This document shows, one piece after another, positions 1 to 13,870 of a stretch of 64,000 nucleotides of DNA (its first letter is position 1; each line of letters opens with the position of its first letter). Below the pieces are notes generated by a model that saw only the letters and a list, made by a program, of their open reading frames with translations, had not been told where the DNA came from and ran no database searches. The stretch is taken from assembly GCA_951406725.2 (NCBI GenBank), contig OX597823.1:107384001-107448000 (forward strand). Reading direction: 5' to 3'. This DNA is from Octopus vulgaris (lineage: Eukaryota). The position numbers and the translations under genes are program-made.

Positions 1-121
1 TCTGTGTCGGTTGCATTGAAATAGCTCGGTGGTGGTTGAAGTGATGTAACACAATAATAGTTATAACATAGTTCAATGGTTTATTTAACATCTTTTCAAC
101 ATTAGCTGGAATAGGACAGCT

Positions 122-765
122 CAGTAGTTAGTTAGTTAAGTTAAGTTAAGTTAATTTGGCTCAAAAAGCAAAAAGCATGGCCATGTAGGGGGACATGGAG
201 TTATGTACAGGGAGGGCGTTCATGCAAAGAGTTCAGGCCATTTCTGGTCAAGAGAGACCTTGAACCGAGCGGTCGTCGGCATCTTCACTATCTCGTCCGG
301 CAGCTTATTCCACGGATCCGCAACCCGGACGGAGAAAGCCCCTCTCCTTCGATTGAGATGAAATCGTCGCAGATAGAGCTTTTCGGAATGACCCCGCAGC
401 CGACGCTCTGGAGCAAGAGTGAAGAACAGCTGAGATCACCGCGGCGTCGTCGTTTTTCTAGAAAATAAAGGTCGAGCGTCTTCAGCCATTCTTCATAAGA
501 CAAATGCTTGAGACCAAGAACCATGCGGGTAGCCAGCTTCTGGACTCTTTCGAGATGATGTATGTCTTTGAGGAGATAAGGAGAAGAGGCTTTAATCCCG
601 TACTCCAATATGGGTCTCACCAACGTGACATAGAGCGGTAGGAATATGGCTGCTGTGAGCATTCCGAATGACCGTCGAATCAAAAACAGAACTCCGCGTG
701 CTTTGTTGGCAGCATGGACGCACTGGGCCGAAGGCGAAAAGGAAGAATCCAGCAAGGTAGTGTAT
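122..765 (-). mobile_element. 3' fragment of a CR1-group LINE (C-terminal part of ORF2/RT, 3' UTR, simple-repeat tail)
   Basis: ORF 288..782 contains AANKARGVLFLIRRSF...LYVTLVRPILEYG...LERVQKLATRMV.GLKHLSYEE.L..LDL..LEKRRRRGDL, the typical CR1-clade post-RT region. A (TTAAC/TAAC)n tail reads AGTTA repeats at about 126-155 on +. Confidence 0.85.
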
Positions 766-809
766 ACGATGAAGCACATCAAGAGTGATCTACTACATTA
801 AAACTGGAA

Positions 810-1022
810 TTGTGTGTGTTTGTATCTGTGTTTGTTCCTCCATCAAAGCTTGACAACCGGTGTTGGTGTATTTATGTCCCCGTAGCATAGCGTTTCAGCA
901 AAAGAGACCGATACAATGAGTACTAGGCCTAAAAAAGTTCTCGATTTCTTAGACTAATACCTTTCAAGGTGGTGCTCCGACATGGCTGCAGAAAAATTAC
1001 TGAAACCAGTAAAAGAATAAAA
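810..1022 (+). mobile_element. SINE family A, 3' half, diverged
   Basis: Matches the 3' part of the copy at 3937-4380 (cttgacaaccg...gtccccgt...caaaagagaccgat...ggtgctcc...catgg...ctgaaac.agtaaaaga). Confidence 0.8.
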
Positions 1023-2399
1023 AATGTTACTATCTATTCTAAACTTAACAAATTGTGCTCTCTCATAGTAACATTATATTTTGTTGATATTAGTAATTAC
1101 AAATGAATGCACATTACACATTGCAAGTACACAGAGAACCTATTTCATAGTTTCGCTTTCATTCCCTGACTTCAAATTTTCATTTCCTGACGCCCGCTAA
1201 AATAAGAATTAACCCAGTTGCTTAAAATTATTGTAGCTAGAGCATAATTATTGACAGCACTGATAAATTAAAGTATATGATTATGCAGAAAAGGACACGA
1301 AAACAATATTATTGTAGATTTCAAAATTATTAGATTCTTAACAGCAATAATTTTGCTGTGTGTACCTGTCTTAAAAAATGCTGTGAAAAACGTTTAACGT
1401 TGACTGGGGTGGGGTGGGGGAGCGTCGCAAAGCAGGGAGTATCACAGCAAATGAGAGTGAGTTTTGGGGTTTAACTAACAGGAAATTGAGAAGAACCAGA
1501 AAAGCTACTCTTCTTGAAAATGTATTAAAATTGGTATTTAAAGCTTTTACTATTCATTTAAGACTGGAGAGAAAGTTACATAAAAATATTCATCTCTTAA
1601 TCACTTTACCCCGTTATAATTAGATACGTGGCAGCCATATATTGGGTCCATTGCTAGTTCAAGGATAAAAGGCAAAATTGACCCCTTTAGTATATTGATT
1701 CCATCGTTTACTACTGCAATAATGGCAACAAAAACAACTACTACTACTATGTAGCATATACATATGTGTATTCCTGAGAGAGCACGATGTTCTCTAGTAC
1801 GAACAGTTCAGCTGTCATTAAAAAATGGTCAAGAACTATTTTTGCCACTAATATATACAATCCTCTTTCCGAGTCCATTTACTCACTCTTTTAGTTTTTT
1901 ATTCTCTATCACGAGTTCTTTACTCAAACTTAATTTAATTTTCATATTTTTTCTAACAGAATTATTGACCACAAATTACAGTATTGTGGTATTGTCGCTT
2001 TAATTGACCCTAGTACATGTTTGATTCTATTCTATTAACTTCAGAAGGATAAAAGGCAAAGTCGATGCCGGAGAGTTTTGAACTAAGGCACGTAACTAGT
2101 TATCGACAAACCTTTTTGTCCGACACTCTGCCGATTCAGCCAAGATGATGAAGTTGTTTTAAGTTTAAAAATCATTAACAACAACAACACCTGCTACAAC
2201 AATAGCAGGAATTGAAAGAGGCCATCATTTGCTAATGTGTTAGTTGGAGTAGCTGTCTCCGGAAGTAGAACACACTGTAAATACATATTTCAAAAAGAGA
2301 AATTCTCTTTGATGGCTGTGCGAGTGATTCGAACCAATAACATTACAGTTTCCGGTGTTCTGGGTCAAGAATAGGCGATGTTGTGGGAGATGTGGCGAG

Positions 2400-3260
2400 G
2401 GGATGACTGTAATGGTTATAGTGGGGAGCTGGTATTATAATGATGGAAATTATACTGATGGTGATATTGTACTTTTTGTAGTGGTCATGACGAAGATGGT
2501 GATGGTGATGATGATGTTGGTGGTGGTGGCGGTGGTAGGACGGCAGTGGTGGCGGCGGCGGCGGCTGTAGTGGTAGTGGCAAAACCATTTTATTTGTAGT
2601 GGTAGTATTATAGGAATGTAGGTTATACTAATGGTAGTTGAGACGGCTTTAGTTCTTCTGGAAGTGGTGATAGTTGTAAATGTGGTTGAGATAGCATTGA
2701 TCGTGATGGTGATGATGATTATAATGGTATGAGTGAGCATGCTGTTGCGGGTGGCAGTGATGGTTAATATGTTAATGTTATTGTTGTTGTTTCCGGAGAT
2801 GGGGAGAGAGTGGTGTTATTGTTTTTAGTGTATTAAAACTGTTTTTATTGTTGTTGCTGTTATTTGTGGATGGTGATGGCGGTGTGGGGAAGTAGTGCTG
2901 TTTTGTAGTGTTTGGTGTTAAGTGTCATGGTGCGGCTGGTCGTAGTGGCGTAGTGATGATTATGGTGTAGGCTGGTGCTGATAATGGGAATGGTGTTCAT
3001 AGAAGTAGTTGTAGTGGCGGTGGTAGTGGTTGTGGTGGCGATGTAGCAAGAAGCAAGCTGAATGTGGACTGGTGACAGTTATGGTGGTGTTGGTGCTGGT
3101 GCTGGTAGCACTGGTGCCGATGGTGGTTGTGTATGTACTATTGGTGTTGGTGTTGGTGGTTGTAGTTCTGATGTTATTGATAGAGGCAGTGTTGGTAGTG
3201 ACATTAGTGGCAGAGCTAACGGTGTTGGTGGTGGTAGTGGTGGTGGTGGTGCAGGTATGA
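2400..3260. repeat. Degenerate (GGT/GAT/GTT)n low-complexity tract
   Basis: G/T-rich trinucleotide sequence; the overlapping ORFs are poly-V/H/T artefacts. Confidence 0.8.
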
Positions 3261-3936
3261 CTGTGTCAATGTCGTCGTTATTGCAACTAATTAAGTAGGT
3301 TGTGAGGGTAGAACATAGCGGAAGAAGGAGAGAAAAGGAGAAGTGCGGAAGAAAGAGTGAAATCAGATTGCAGAGGTCAGTAAGTGCAGTTAGCAGCCAA
3401 CAGAATGTACAGCAAATCTTACTACTAATGCTGCTCAAACCGCACGTACACAAGCACACACACACACACAACACACACACAAACAAGCACACACACAAGC
3501 ACACACACAACACACACACATACACAACACACACACAAGCACACACACACATACACAACACACACACACATTCGTATACGCTCATACACACACGCACACA
3601 CACACGCACACACACACATTCGTATACGCACATACACACACAAACACACACACACAAACAAAAACAAACACACGTACACACGCATATACGCACACGCATA
3701 TATATATATATATATAGTAAATACATGCATACATACATACATACATACATACATACATACATACATACATACATACATACATACATACATACTTATATAC
3801 AGTTATAGTGAAATAAATTTCAAAAAGAAAACAAACCACTTGTATATGCTTAAATACTAGCATTCACATATTGTCTGTATATGGAGTTGGTGTATAAAGA
3901 ACTCAAGACATAAAACTTAAGTGTGCTTGTATTATG

Positions 3937-4380
3937 TGTGGCTGTGGTAAGTAGCTTGCATACCAACCACATGGTTCCGGGTTCAGTCCCACTGCGTGGC
4001 ACCTTGTGCAATGTGTATGCCTGAGAAATACAATAGCTCGGGCCCACCAAAGCCTTGTGAGTGGATTTGGTAGACGGAAACTGAAAGAAGCCTGTCGTAT
4101 ATATGTATATATATATATATATATATATACATATATGTGTGTGTGTGTGTGTGTGTGCATGTGTGTTTGTGTGTCTGTGTTTGTCCCACTAGCATTGCTT
4201 GACAACCGATGCTAGTGTGTTTATGTCCCCGTCACTTAGCGGTTTGGCAAAAGAGACCGATAGAATAAGTAGTGGGCTTACAAAGAATAAGTCCCGGGTC
4301 GAGTTGCTCGACTAAAGGCGGTGCTCCAGCATGGCCGCAGTCAAATGACTGAAACAAGTAAAAGAGATAAAAGAGATAAA
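3937..4380 (+). mobile_element. SINE family A (tRNA-derived, internal TA/TG microsatellite)
   Basis: Head with Pol III A-box-like TGGCTGTGG and B-box-like GGTTCAGTCCC, AAAAGAG-type tail. Homologous copies at 9057, 26161, 41654 and 47725/49662. Confidence 0.9.
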
Positions 4381-4631
4381 GAAGCATGTGTGTATATATG
4401 TGAAGACGTTGAATTATATTTCTTCCCTTACTTTGGATGGTTCCAAAGGGTGATTTCTAACAAAGATTCTTCATATTTTGCTGGTAGCTTACTGGCGCAA
4501 GATTTTTGCGAATACGAAATTATTACGTTTATGGTGTGTTATGAGAATTTATGGAAAGGTATTTCATAGAAACTCAACAAGTATGTTAAAAATGGAGAAG
4601 AGATGTTAAAATTTAAAAGAATTTTCATACA

Positions 4632-4742
4632 TGCATACGATCGTTTCAAAAAGTGATATTAACATATAAATAACATGGTAGAATAATTAAAATTAATTTA
4701 ATTAAATTAGATAAATTACAAATCACTGTTCTCCTCAGTGCA
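4632..4742 (-). ncRNA. Type I hammerhead ribozyme motif, intact core
   Basis: Minus strand: tgca-CTGAGGA-gaacagtgat...(64 nt)...atcacttttt-GAAAC-gatc-GTA-tgca. Stem I tgca/tgca, palindromic loop III. Confidence 0.7.
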
Positions 4743-4973
4743 AGAAGTATACAACAGGAAATATTATTATTACAGAAGACTTGATGAAGGAAATAGCAGA
4801 TAACAAATTCGGATATACGTATTTTATCTTTATGAAAAATTGAGAGCATACTAAAGAATGTTGTTTAGTCTAGCTGTGTATAAACTAAAGGATAAAATAT
4901 GCATATCCGAATCTGTTATCTGCTATTTCCTTCATCAAGTCTTCTGTAATAATAATTCCTGTTGTATACTTCT

Positions 4974-5059
4974 TGCACTGAGGAGAACTGGGTTATGTGA
5001 TTAATTATTTTACCATGCTATTTACATGTTAATATCGCTATTTGAAACGATCGAATGCA
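4974..5059 (+). ncRNA. Hammerhead motif, mutated cleavage triplet (GTA>GAA)
   Basis: tgca-CTGAGGA...GAAAC-gatc-GAA-tgca in the right arm of the palindrome. Confidence 0.55.
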
Positions 5060-5164
5060 TGTATTAAAATTCTTTTAAATTTTAACAGCTTCACTTCTCC
5101 ACGTTTAACATACTTGAGTTTCTATGGGATACCTTTACATAAATTATCATATTACACCATATAC

Positions 5165-5270
<106 letters not shown>

Positions 5271-5682
5271 TGTGTGTGTGTAAAAAATACAAGATAAAAG
5301 ATATGTGCATGTGTGTGCGCGGGTATACATATACGTATATGTGCATATATGTGTGTGTGCGTGTAGATATATATACATACACTGTGCATGTGTGTTTGTG
5401 TGTGTGTGCATGTATATATATTTTATGATTTAGCAGTCATTGCATGAAATTTTTGTCCATTTCACTATTGGATATGAATCGAAAACAAATTGTAGGATAT
5501 ATATTTGTTTTATTTATTTGTTATATTATTTTATGTATATATTATATTATATTATATTATATTATATTATATTATATTATATTATATTATATTATATATA
5601 TCATATTATAATATATTATAGTATAGTATATTTTTTATAGTATAATCATGTATTATAACGTTAATATTCTCTATTTTCTTTA

Positions 5683-5782
<100 letters not shown>

Positions 5783-5939
5783 ATGTATGTATGTATGTAT
5801 GTATGTATGCATGTAGGTATATTGAAGTGTAGTAAGAAGTGTCTTTCCCAAACAAATGGCATCCTGGGTTTTGAGTCCCACTGCGTGGCACATTGGGTTA
5901 ATGTCCTCTACAATAGCTCCGGGCCGAATAAAGCCTTCA

Positions 5940-6200
5940 CGTGATCGACCAGACTGTCGGATGTTATCATACACTGCTAGTCACAATGCGCTTTGCATCA
6001 TTTTAGGTTTCAAATTATGCCACCCCGCTGACTAGGCAAGCAGCCCAACATTCTCTCAACCCCGCCCCGTCGCGGGGTTACCCATTTGCAGCAGAGCTAA
6101 GTGAAAGGAAGTGATTTGCTCAAGAACACAACACACAGTCGGTCTGCGAATCGAAACCACGATCTCACCGTCGTGAGTGCAACACCCTTAACCTCCGAAC
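5940..6200 (-). mobile_element. Diverged tRNA-derived SINE (head related to family C)
   Basis: Minus strand ...gatcgtggtttcgattcgcagaccg...cttgagcaaa..., similar to 23650-23870. Confidence 0.55.
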
Positions 6201-6564
6201 CAGCATGTATGTATCTAGGTATATATGTATAGATATATATGTATAGATAACTGTGTGTATATATGTATAGATAACTGTGTGTATGCATCTTTGTGTCAGT
6301 CACCCACCACTGCTGGTTTGTCTACATTGGCATTACGGATCAAATTGATAAAAAAAAAATGAAACGAAAGGGTGGCAGAATAAGATCAGGGCTTTAACAA
6401 AGAAGTACTGTGGTAGATTTGTTCGATGTATGTGTGTATAAAATTACGCTAGTATCCACACTGGATGGTGGGCAAAATTTACACCCGAGTCACATTCTTT
6501 ACCGCATCAAATGGGAGGTTATTCCGCCGCAGTCTGTGTATTTACTAAATTGTGTCTTTCTTCG

Positions 6565-6611
<47 letters not shown>

Positions 6612-6619
6612 TATATATA

Positions 6620-6832
6620 TATAAAGTTAATCCAAACAAGAAAACAAAAAAAAACACAGCAACGCGAGGACGTGGAACAAATAAAGTATTATTGGACGCT
6701 CAGGAAAGAAGGAAAGAAGGAGTGTTTAACGTTTCAAGCGGATCTCTTCATCGGAAACATAGGAGAAGGAAAGATCCAGAGAAGGGAAGACAGAGGAAAA
6801 AAATCGCCAACGGTACACACGCGGTCACACAT
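6620..6832 (-). mobile_element. Short microsatellite-flanked element with a decayed HHR (6723-6759)
   Basis: Minus strand tgttt-CCGATGA-agagatccgctt-GAAAC-GTT-aaaca. A related element lies at about 47168-47362. Confidence 0.55.
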
Positions 6833-6854
6833 ACATATATATAGATAGATAGAT

Positions 6855-7071
6855 AAGGCGGCGAGCTGGTAGAAACGTTAGCACGCCGGGCGAAATTCGT
6901 CTGTCGTTACGTTCCGAGTTCAAATTCCGCCGAGGTCGACTTTGCCTTTCATCCTTTCGGGGTCGATAAATTAAGTACCAGTTACGCACTGGGGTCGATG
7001 TAGTCGACTTAATCCCTTTGTCTGTCCTTGTTTGTCCCCTCTGTGTTTAGCCCCTTGTGGGTAGTAAGAAA
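6855..7071 (+). mobile_element. SINE family B (tRNA-derived)
   Basis: ggcggcgagctggtagaaacgttagc head, B-box-like GAGTTCAAATTCC, core gactttgcctttcatcctttcggggtcgat. Copies at 10581-10810(-) and 45610-45850; decayed copies at about 2005-2140 and 10385-10545. Confidence 0.9.
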
Positions 7072-7116
7072 TATATATATATAGATAGATTGTAGATAGA
7101 TAGTAGATAGATAGAA

Positions 7117-7155
<39 letters not shown>

Positions 7156-7475
7156 TACATCCTTGTGTGTGTATGAGAGACAGACAGACAGGCAGACAGA
7201 AAGAAAGAGAAAGAGAGAGGTGGGGAGTAAGTGCGCATATGTAAATCTGAGTGGGTAATAGATATGTGCTTTTCAGTACAAATCACTGTACTTCAGCTAA
7301 AGGCGAAGTGTTATCCGTAGAGTGCTCAATACGAAATGTAGACTTAATTAATTAGAGCTATGATTACAAAGTGTATGTAAATGAAAGGAAACAAAAATAG
7401 AAGATTCACACGTTGCCTGTTTGTTTTGTACGATACATATACGTGTGTTTGTTCGACCATGTGCGTGCTCTTGTG

Positions 7476-7540
<65 letters not shown>

Positions 7541-7764
7541 TCACACACATAATTAAGTATATACATACACGCATGCATACATATGTACCTAATATCCAAA
7601 GAAAGGGAGGTATAGACATTAAGAAATCACAATTTTACGCATCTATAGTTTCACGGAATTTTTTTCTTTTTATTTTATTGTAAAATTTATTTAGTCTTTC
7701 GGTCTTTATATTGATTTCTTTATTCCTATTGGGTCATTGTATATAAATTTCACCATGTCCATCT

Positions 7765-7804
7765 TATCGACGTTTCATGGTCTCGTGACCCCCTTATCAG
7801 GATA
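7765..7804 (-). ncRNA. Minimal type I hammerhead motif with a G8>A change
   Basis: Minus strand tatc-CTGATAA-ggg-ggtc-acga-gacc-at-GAAAC-GTC-gata. Confidence 0.55.
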
Positions 7805-8157
7805 TCCAACCATACGATTGACGGATGTTGTCTGTGATCTTCCACCACTCTGGGTTTTTTTTAATTGTTTTCTAAAGTTTGGTGCTAATGGCTGTTATAA
7901 AATGTGTGATGATTTGTAAAATGGTTATTAATGGAAATATTGTAATGTGTCCTGTATGTGATGCGTTTGTTTGTAGACGGCTTCGTTGAAGCATTGACAC
8001 CGGAACTTGTGTTTTTTAATTACACACACTCACACACACACACATTTATATACACAGATGCATGCATACATGCATATATGCATACACACGCACATGAGTA
8101 TAAATATATATATTATGTATATACATGTATATACATACAAGCATATATATATATATA

Positions 8158-8188
<31 letters not shown>

Positions 8189-9056
8189 GCATGCATACAT
8201 ATACATATATATATATATGGATTTATATACACACACATACATGCGCGCGCGCGCACACATGCTGATAGTGCAGATTTCGAAATTTTTCCTATTGGCACCA
8301 GTATAATCAGGCATGGCAGTATGTTTCAGAAGTTTGCTTTGTATTTACATTCTTTCGGGTTCGAGCTCAGTGTGGAGCACGTACCGTAATCTCAAGTCTG
8401 ACAGACGGACTGGTTTGGGGTAATAAACTTAATCCCTCATCCAACACTGCCATTGATATAGTTTGAAGAGAGTTCGTTACTCCTAATAATCTTGGGGAGT
8501 TCAAAATGCTCTTCTGATTAATCGCACCATGGAAAAAATTATTTTTTAATATTGTGTTGTTCGGAATCATAAAAATGAATAAAAATGGAATGTCCACTTT
8601 AACATTGGCGTTATATATATATATAGATATAGATATAGATTTAGATACATACATACATACATACATACATACATACATACATACATACATACATACATAC
8701 ATACATACATACCAAAAGTTATACAGTGAAGGGGGAAAATTTAAGAAAACTGGGCGAAACCATAATGGACAGAAAAGAGAAACGAAAACACGATACCAGG
8801 AACATTTCTCATCTGTTGGTATCTGAGGCGTCATAGTGGTTTCACGCTATTTAAAGCAAGACCACTGTTATCAACCGGGAGCACCAGAGCAGAGAGCTAC
8901 AGGAAAAAGCTGACGAATGTATGCGAGGACAGGACAAAATAACGTTATACATAATAGAAAATGCCATACGGCTGTACAATAAGTAAGAGCAAGAATTATA
9001 CATATAGAGTACTAAAACCATACAGTACAAACACGAAAAGCCTTTTCACACACATA

Positions 9057-9468
9057 TAGGCGCAGGCAAGCCTGTGTAATAAGAAGCTTGCTTCCCAACC
9101 ACATGGTTCTGTGTTCAGTCCCACTGCATGGCACCTTGAGTAAGTGTCTTCTACTATAGCCTCACGCCGGCAAAAGCCTTGTGAATAAATTTGGTTAACG
9201 GAAACTGAAAAGAGCCCGACATATTTATATATGTATATGTATCTATGCGTGTGTGTCTTTCTGTCTGTGTTTGTACCCCATCACAACTTGACCACCGGTG
9301 TTAGTGTGATTGCGTCCCCGTAAACCAGCGCTTCGGCAAAATAGACAGATAGAATAAGTACCAGGCTTTAAAAAGAAGTACTGAGGTCGATTGAATCATT
9401 CGAGTAAAAATTCAAAGCACTGCCCTAGCATGGCCGCAATCTAATGACTGAAACAAGTAAAAGATAAA
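9057..9468 (+). mobile_element. SINE family A, full length, diverged
   Basis: Colinear with 3937-4380 from taggcgcagg to gaaacaagtaaaaga. Confidence 0.85.
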
Positions 9469-9514
9469 CGATATATATATAAGTATACACACACACGTAC
9501 ACACAAGCACATAG

Positions 9515-9589
<75 letters not shown>

Positions 9590-10580
9590 CTGTGTAGGCG
9601 TGTGACCTAGTGGTGAAGGTATTGCACTGTAACATAACTTCGAAAGGGAATTTGGTTGTAGAGAAAAAAATTCTCATACACACACGCACACATATCTGTT
9701 TGTATATTTTATCTTCTATTTTCAATTATTGGAAGTTTCTAGCAATGACGAAACTCCATGGGATAATGAAAACAAATTCGCATTTTGAATTTGAGAAAAG
9801 TTTTACATATGTTTACTGTTTCGCTTACAGATTATATTTGTGAAGAACGTGTTTGCCAACAAAATCATGTCTATGAATTATTATTGGTATAAATATGAAT
9901 TTATAATCTTGATTTATAAGCTGAAGCTTTCGAAACAACTGTCCATAGTTATACTCATTTGCTTTTGTTTATTTCTAAGAGATATTCACATCAGCAAAAC
10001 AGCTGACCTTTATGACTATTCATACTTTTTCTTGTCTCTCCCAAACAAGGATACCAACCTATTTTGTTTGCCCTTTGTAGAAGTTTTTATGCGACTGTTC
10101 TACCAATATTCCTTGCATTGATATTTATATATGTATTCAATAATAGGGAGAGGGTCTCTGTATTTATCCCAAGACGGTCTTCTTTCTCGGATAGCATTAT
10201 ATATTCTCTTTGCAACAACTGGAGGTGGTGCTTTGATGACATTTCTGAGCAACTGGTGATCACACCTGTCATGTAGGTAAGTTTGAGGGTATATGTATTT
10301 GCATAATTGGTGGAAGGGTGTATATGTTTATATATATCTATATTAAACTGTCTAAAATAGTGGTTTGTAATTTGGGCATAAGACTGGATCTTTTGAAGGT
10401 AGGGGGTTAGACGATTACATTGACTCCAGTTCTACTCTGGTACTTTATAGTATGGACCCGATAAGATAAAACCAAAAGTTGATCGAGGTCGGATTCGAAC
10501 TTAGAATGTATAGAACTGTATCAAATACCGCGCAGTATTTAGTCTGATACTTTAACGTAAACTATCTAAAATAATTTTAA

Positions 10581-10810
10581 TTCTTTATTGCCCACAAGGG
10601 GCTAAACATAGAGGGGACAAACAATGACAGACAAACGGATTAAGTCGATTATATCGACCCTAGTGCGTAACTGGTACTTAGTTTATCGACCCCGAAAGGA
10701 TGAAAGGCAAAGTCGACCTCGGCGAAATTTGAACTCAGAACATGAAGACAGACGAAATACCGCTAAGCATTTCGCCCGGCGAGCTAACGTCTCTGCCAGC
10801 TCACTGCCTT
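10581..10810 (-). mobile_element. SINE family B
   Basis: Reverse complement of 6855-7071. Confidence 0.9.
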
Positions 10811-13232
10811 AAAACTGTCTAAAATAATGTCAACGCATATTTAGTGTTCAACATAGTTTCTCTATTACTAGAAAGAAAACTATACAAACTAAATTCTACA
10901 TATTTAAATCGTGGTATGTTTAAAAATAGATTGCTGTGACTTCTTGAGGAAGAGTATAGTTAAGTTACGTTAAACTGACACCTGCAGGTTGTTATATTCA
11001 TAAACAAATGACTCCCTCGATTTATTTTGCATTACGTTGCTGTACGTATTGTTCTTTAGCTCCTGGAAGTCCTTACTGAGCTAGTGTGTGATTAATGACA
11101 TTCAAGTGTTATTAAGAAAATAGTATATTCAGGACAATATTATCCAGTGTAGCTGTCATTTTTTAAAGATTTGCGGTACTTCTGGCTAATATTTCCACTT
11201 GGTCATGCACTGATGAAGAGGTTTTCTTGGTTGACTTCAGATATCTGTAGGTACTACATGTGCTACAAGTGTTATGTACTACATCTTCTATACATATATC
11301 GTAAAATAGAATGAATTCCAGACAGTGACTTGTCTGTGAAATACTTCAAGAATACTTATACTCACCACTACTTGTAACCAAACGGCCTTCTTTGTGGTGA
11401 GTGTTATGTATACTTATGTATGATTGCGTAATTTTCTCAGTCTAAGTGTGTACGCGTGTACGTATTTACATATATGTAACTTGGTGTTAAACTTGTATAT
11501 GTTATCTGTCTGTATATTTATATACGCAGAGTATGCATCGTTAAGTATGCTTGCGTTTTTGCTACTCCAAACAGGTATTTATGACAGTAAATGTCTCTTC
11601 AGCCTTGAGCAGGTTTTAAGGGCCGATGCTTAACTCTAGTTTCGTAGTGATAAGTGGAGACGAGAACATTTTCGCTTGTAGAGGTGTTAGATCAATGGGA
11701 TGTACCATTCCTGAAAGACCTGGTACTTATTTCAAGCAGCTACATAAACAGGGCCTGAAGTATATTGCCCAAATATTTTAAGTATATTGCCCAAATGTTG
11801 AATTAAAATCCTGCAGTGGAAGTGAACTCAAGATCTATGAAATAGTTATATTCGACCATTTGAATAAATACATGATCATATATGTAAGTATTGATTCAAT
11901 ACGAATGAAGTCAAGATTAGCTTAATAATTATTTTTAAAAGAACCGAAAAACCAACAGAAGCAAAGGAATAACACTGCCACCCCTGCTTGTGCAATGATT
12001 TCATCTCAATATATAGAGGAACTAAATTAATTTGTTTCAATCAGCTCTGTGTCTGGATATGCATATGTATGTGTAATACTAGAACAGATGAAATTAATTA
12101 AGGGACAGAAATTTTGTGAAGAGTGACGAACGTGAGAGACATTCGAGTGTGATAGTGATTGGGTAGTGATTGACGGGGGACTTTAAAGTATAGGCAGAAT
12201 ATAATCGAGAAAAATGATAGAATATAAAACGCTAAAAGTGAGAGAAGTTAGGATAAAATAATGAGAGAGATGTTAAGAAGCAAGGATAGAAAAATAATAA
12301 GAGGGGCAAAAAATAGAAAAAGAGAAGAATGTGTGAGAAAGGCAGTGCGTAAGGAAAGAAAAGGGCTAAAGAAGAAAATAGAAGAGTTTGTAGGAATTAT
12401 GGATAGAGAGATAGTTTATTCGTTTGTAGCATGAAAACCTAGAGACAGATTGAATAAGAGTGATTGAATGGAGGGGAAGATATAGTATGGAGAGTGAGAG
12501 AGACTACTTCCTGTCTTGAGTGGAAAAAAAAAGTGGTGGAGGAATAAGTGTTGAGGTGAAAAAGTGAAATTGAATGTAAGGAGAGGGAGATTGGGTAAAG
12601 TAGGTTTCTATAAAGGCTTAGAGGATGAACAAAAATGGGATATTGCGAAGTAGTAAGAGGGTGGAAATAGATAAAATGTAAGCGGGGAGGGGAAAGAACG
12701 TGAAACACTGAGGGAGAATGAAAAGATAGACAGAGTGGAAAGGAGAGAGGTCCAAGACAAAAAAACGAGAGAGTAAGAGAGAGAGAGAGAGAGAGCATGA
12801 AAATGAAAAGCTAGCAGAGAGATTGAACAAACACACTAAAAGTGAGTGAAGAAAGAGCAGAGAGAAGGAAAAACAGAAATACTGTGAGAAAAATGAAAAA
12901 AAAAAAACCCAAAGAAAACGAAGGGAAAAGGACAGAGTGAAGATCAAAGAGAAGTTAGAACACTGCTGGCTGGAAACGAAGTAAAACAATAAGTTTAAAA
13001 TCATCTAAGTGTTAGCAAGTGTATGACGTCAGATCTGAGGTCATCAGGCGTAATTTTCCCCCTTTTCCCTTCCTTCTCTTCCTCTTTGCCTCCCTATCAC
13101 ATTCTCTCATCTCCCCTCCTTCATATTTCTCTCACTCTATCTTTTCTTTTTTTCTTATCATTGCCTCCCATTATAAAACTTTCAACGTCTTTCTCTCGCC
13201 TTTTGCAGTCATTAAGTATCTTTTTTTTGTTG

Positions 13233-13339
<107 letters not shown>

Positions 13340-13494
13340 GCTCTCCGTGACACAGAGACTTACTTTCTGATCGAAAACTGACATATATAGAGACAAAGAC
13401 AGCGGGTAACAAAGAAATTTACGTTCATTCATATGTATGTATGTATGTATGTGTGTATGTATGTATGTATGTATGTATGTATGTATGTATGAAT

Positions 13495-13870
13495 GTATGT
13501 ATGTATCAGTGTGTGAGTGTGTATATGAATATACGCATGTTGTCTGTATGAATGAGTATAAATACACACATACTCACACATATTCATATACACTAATATA
13601 CGCCCACACATTACACACATTCATATATGTATGTATATATTATAGCTATGTGTATGCATGTATGCATGTATGTATCTATGTATGTATGCATGAATGTATG
13701 TATGTAATAATGAATGTATCAGTGTATGTGTGTGTGTGTGTGTGTGTGTATGAATATATGCATGTTGTCTGTATGAATGAGTATGAATACTCACATACAC
13801 ACACATATTCATATACACTAACATACGCCCACACATTACACACATTCATATATGTATGTATATATTATAT
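13495..13870. repeat. Tandem duplication (period about 224 bp) in microsatellite-rich sequence
   Basis: gtatcagtgt...catgttgtctgtatgaatgagtat...cgcccacacattacacacattcatatatgtatgtatatattat occurs twice. Confidence 0.8.

Larger units (their letters stand above)
4560..5130. mobile_element. Palindromic non-coding element with an HHR motif in each arm
   Basis: Imperfect inverted arms about 4565-4832 and 4887-5125 (e.g. cagaagacttgatgaaggaaatagcagataaca / tgttatctgctatttccttcatcaagtcttctg), followed by a TA/TG microsatellite. Confidence 0.8.

Noticed and set aside
8367-8600. Peptide ..MAVLDEGLSLLPQT faintly like a PLE N-terminal L.KGL.F.P motif; also a possible GIY-YIG tail near 19540-19590
   Set aside because: Similarity too weak to support without an alignment.
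10080-10283. Possible host exon ending at a gtaagt donor (also a short ag...gtatgt segment at about 28761-28803)
   Set aside because: No recognisable protein and no consistent exon chain; needs RNA-seq.
11209-11240. Isolated CTGATGA
   Set aside because: No matching stem II, GAAA or NUH with stem I closure.
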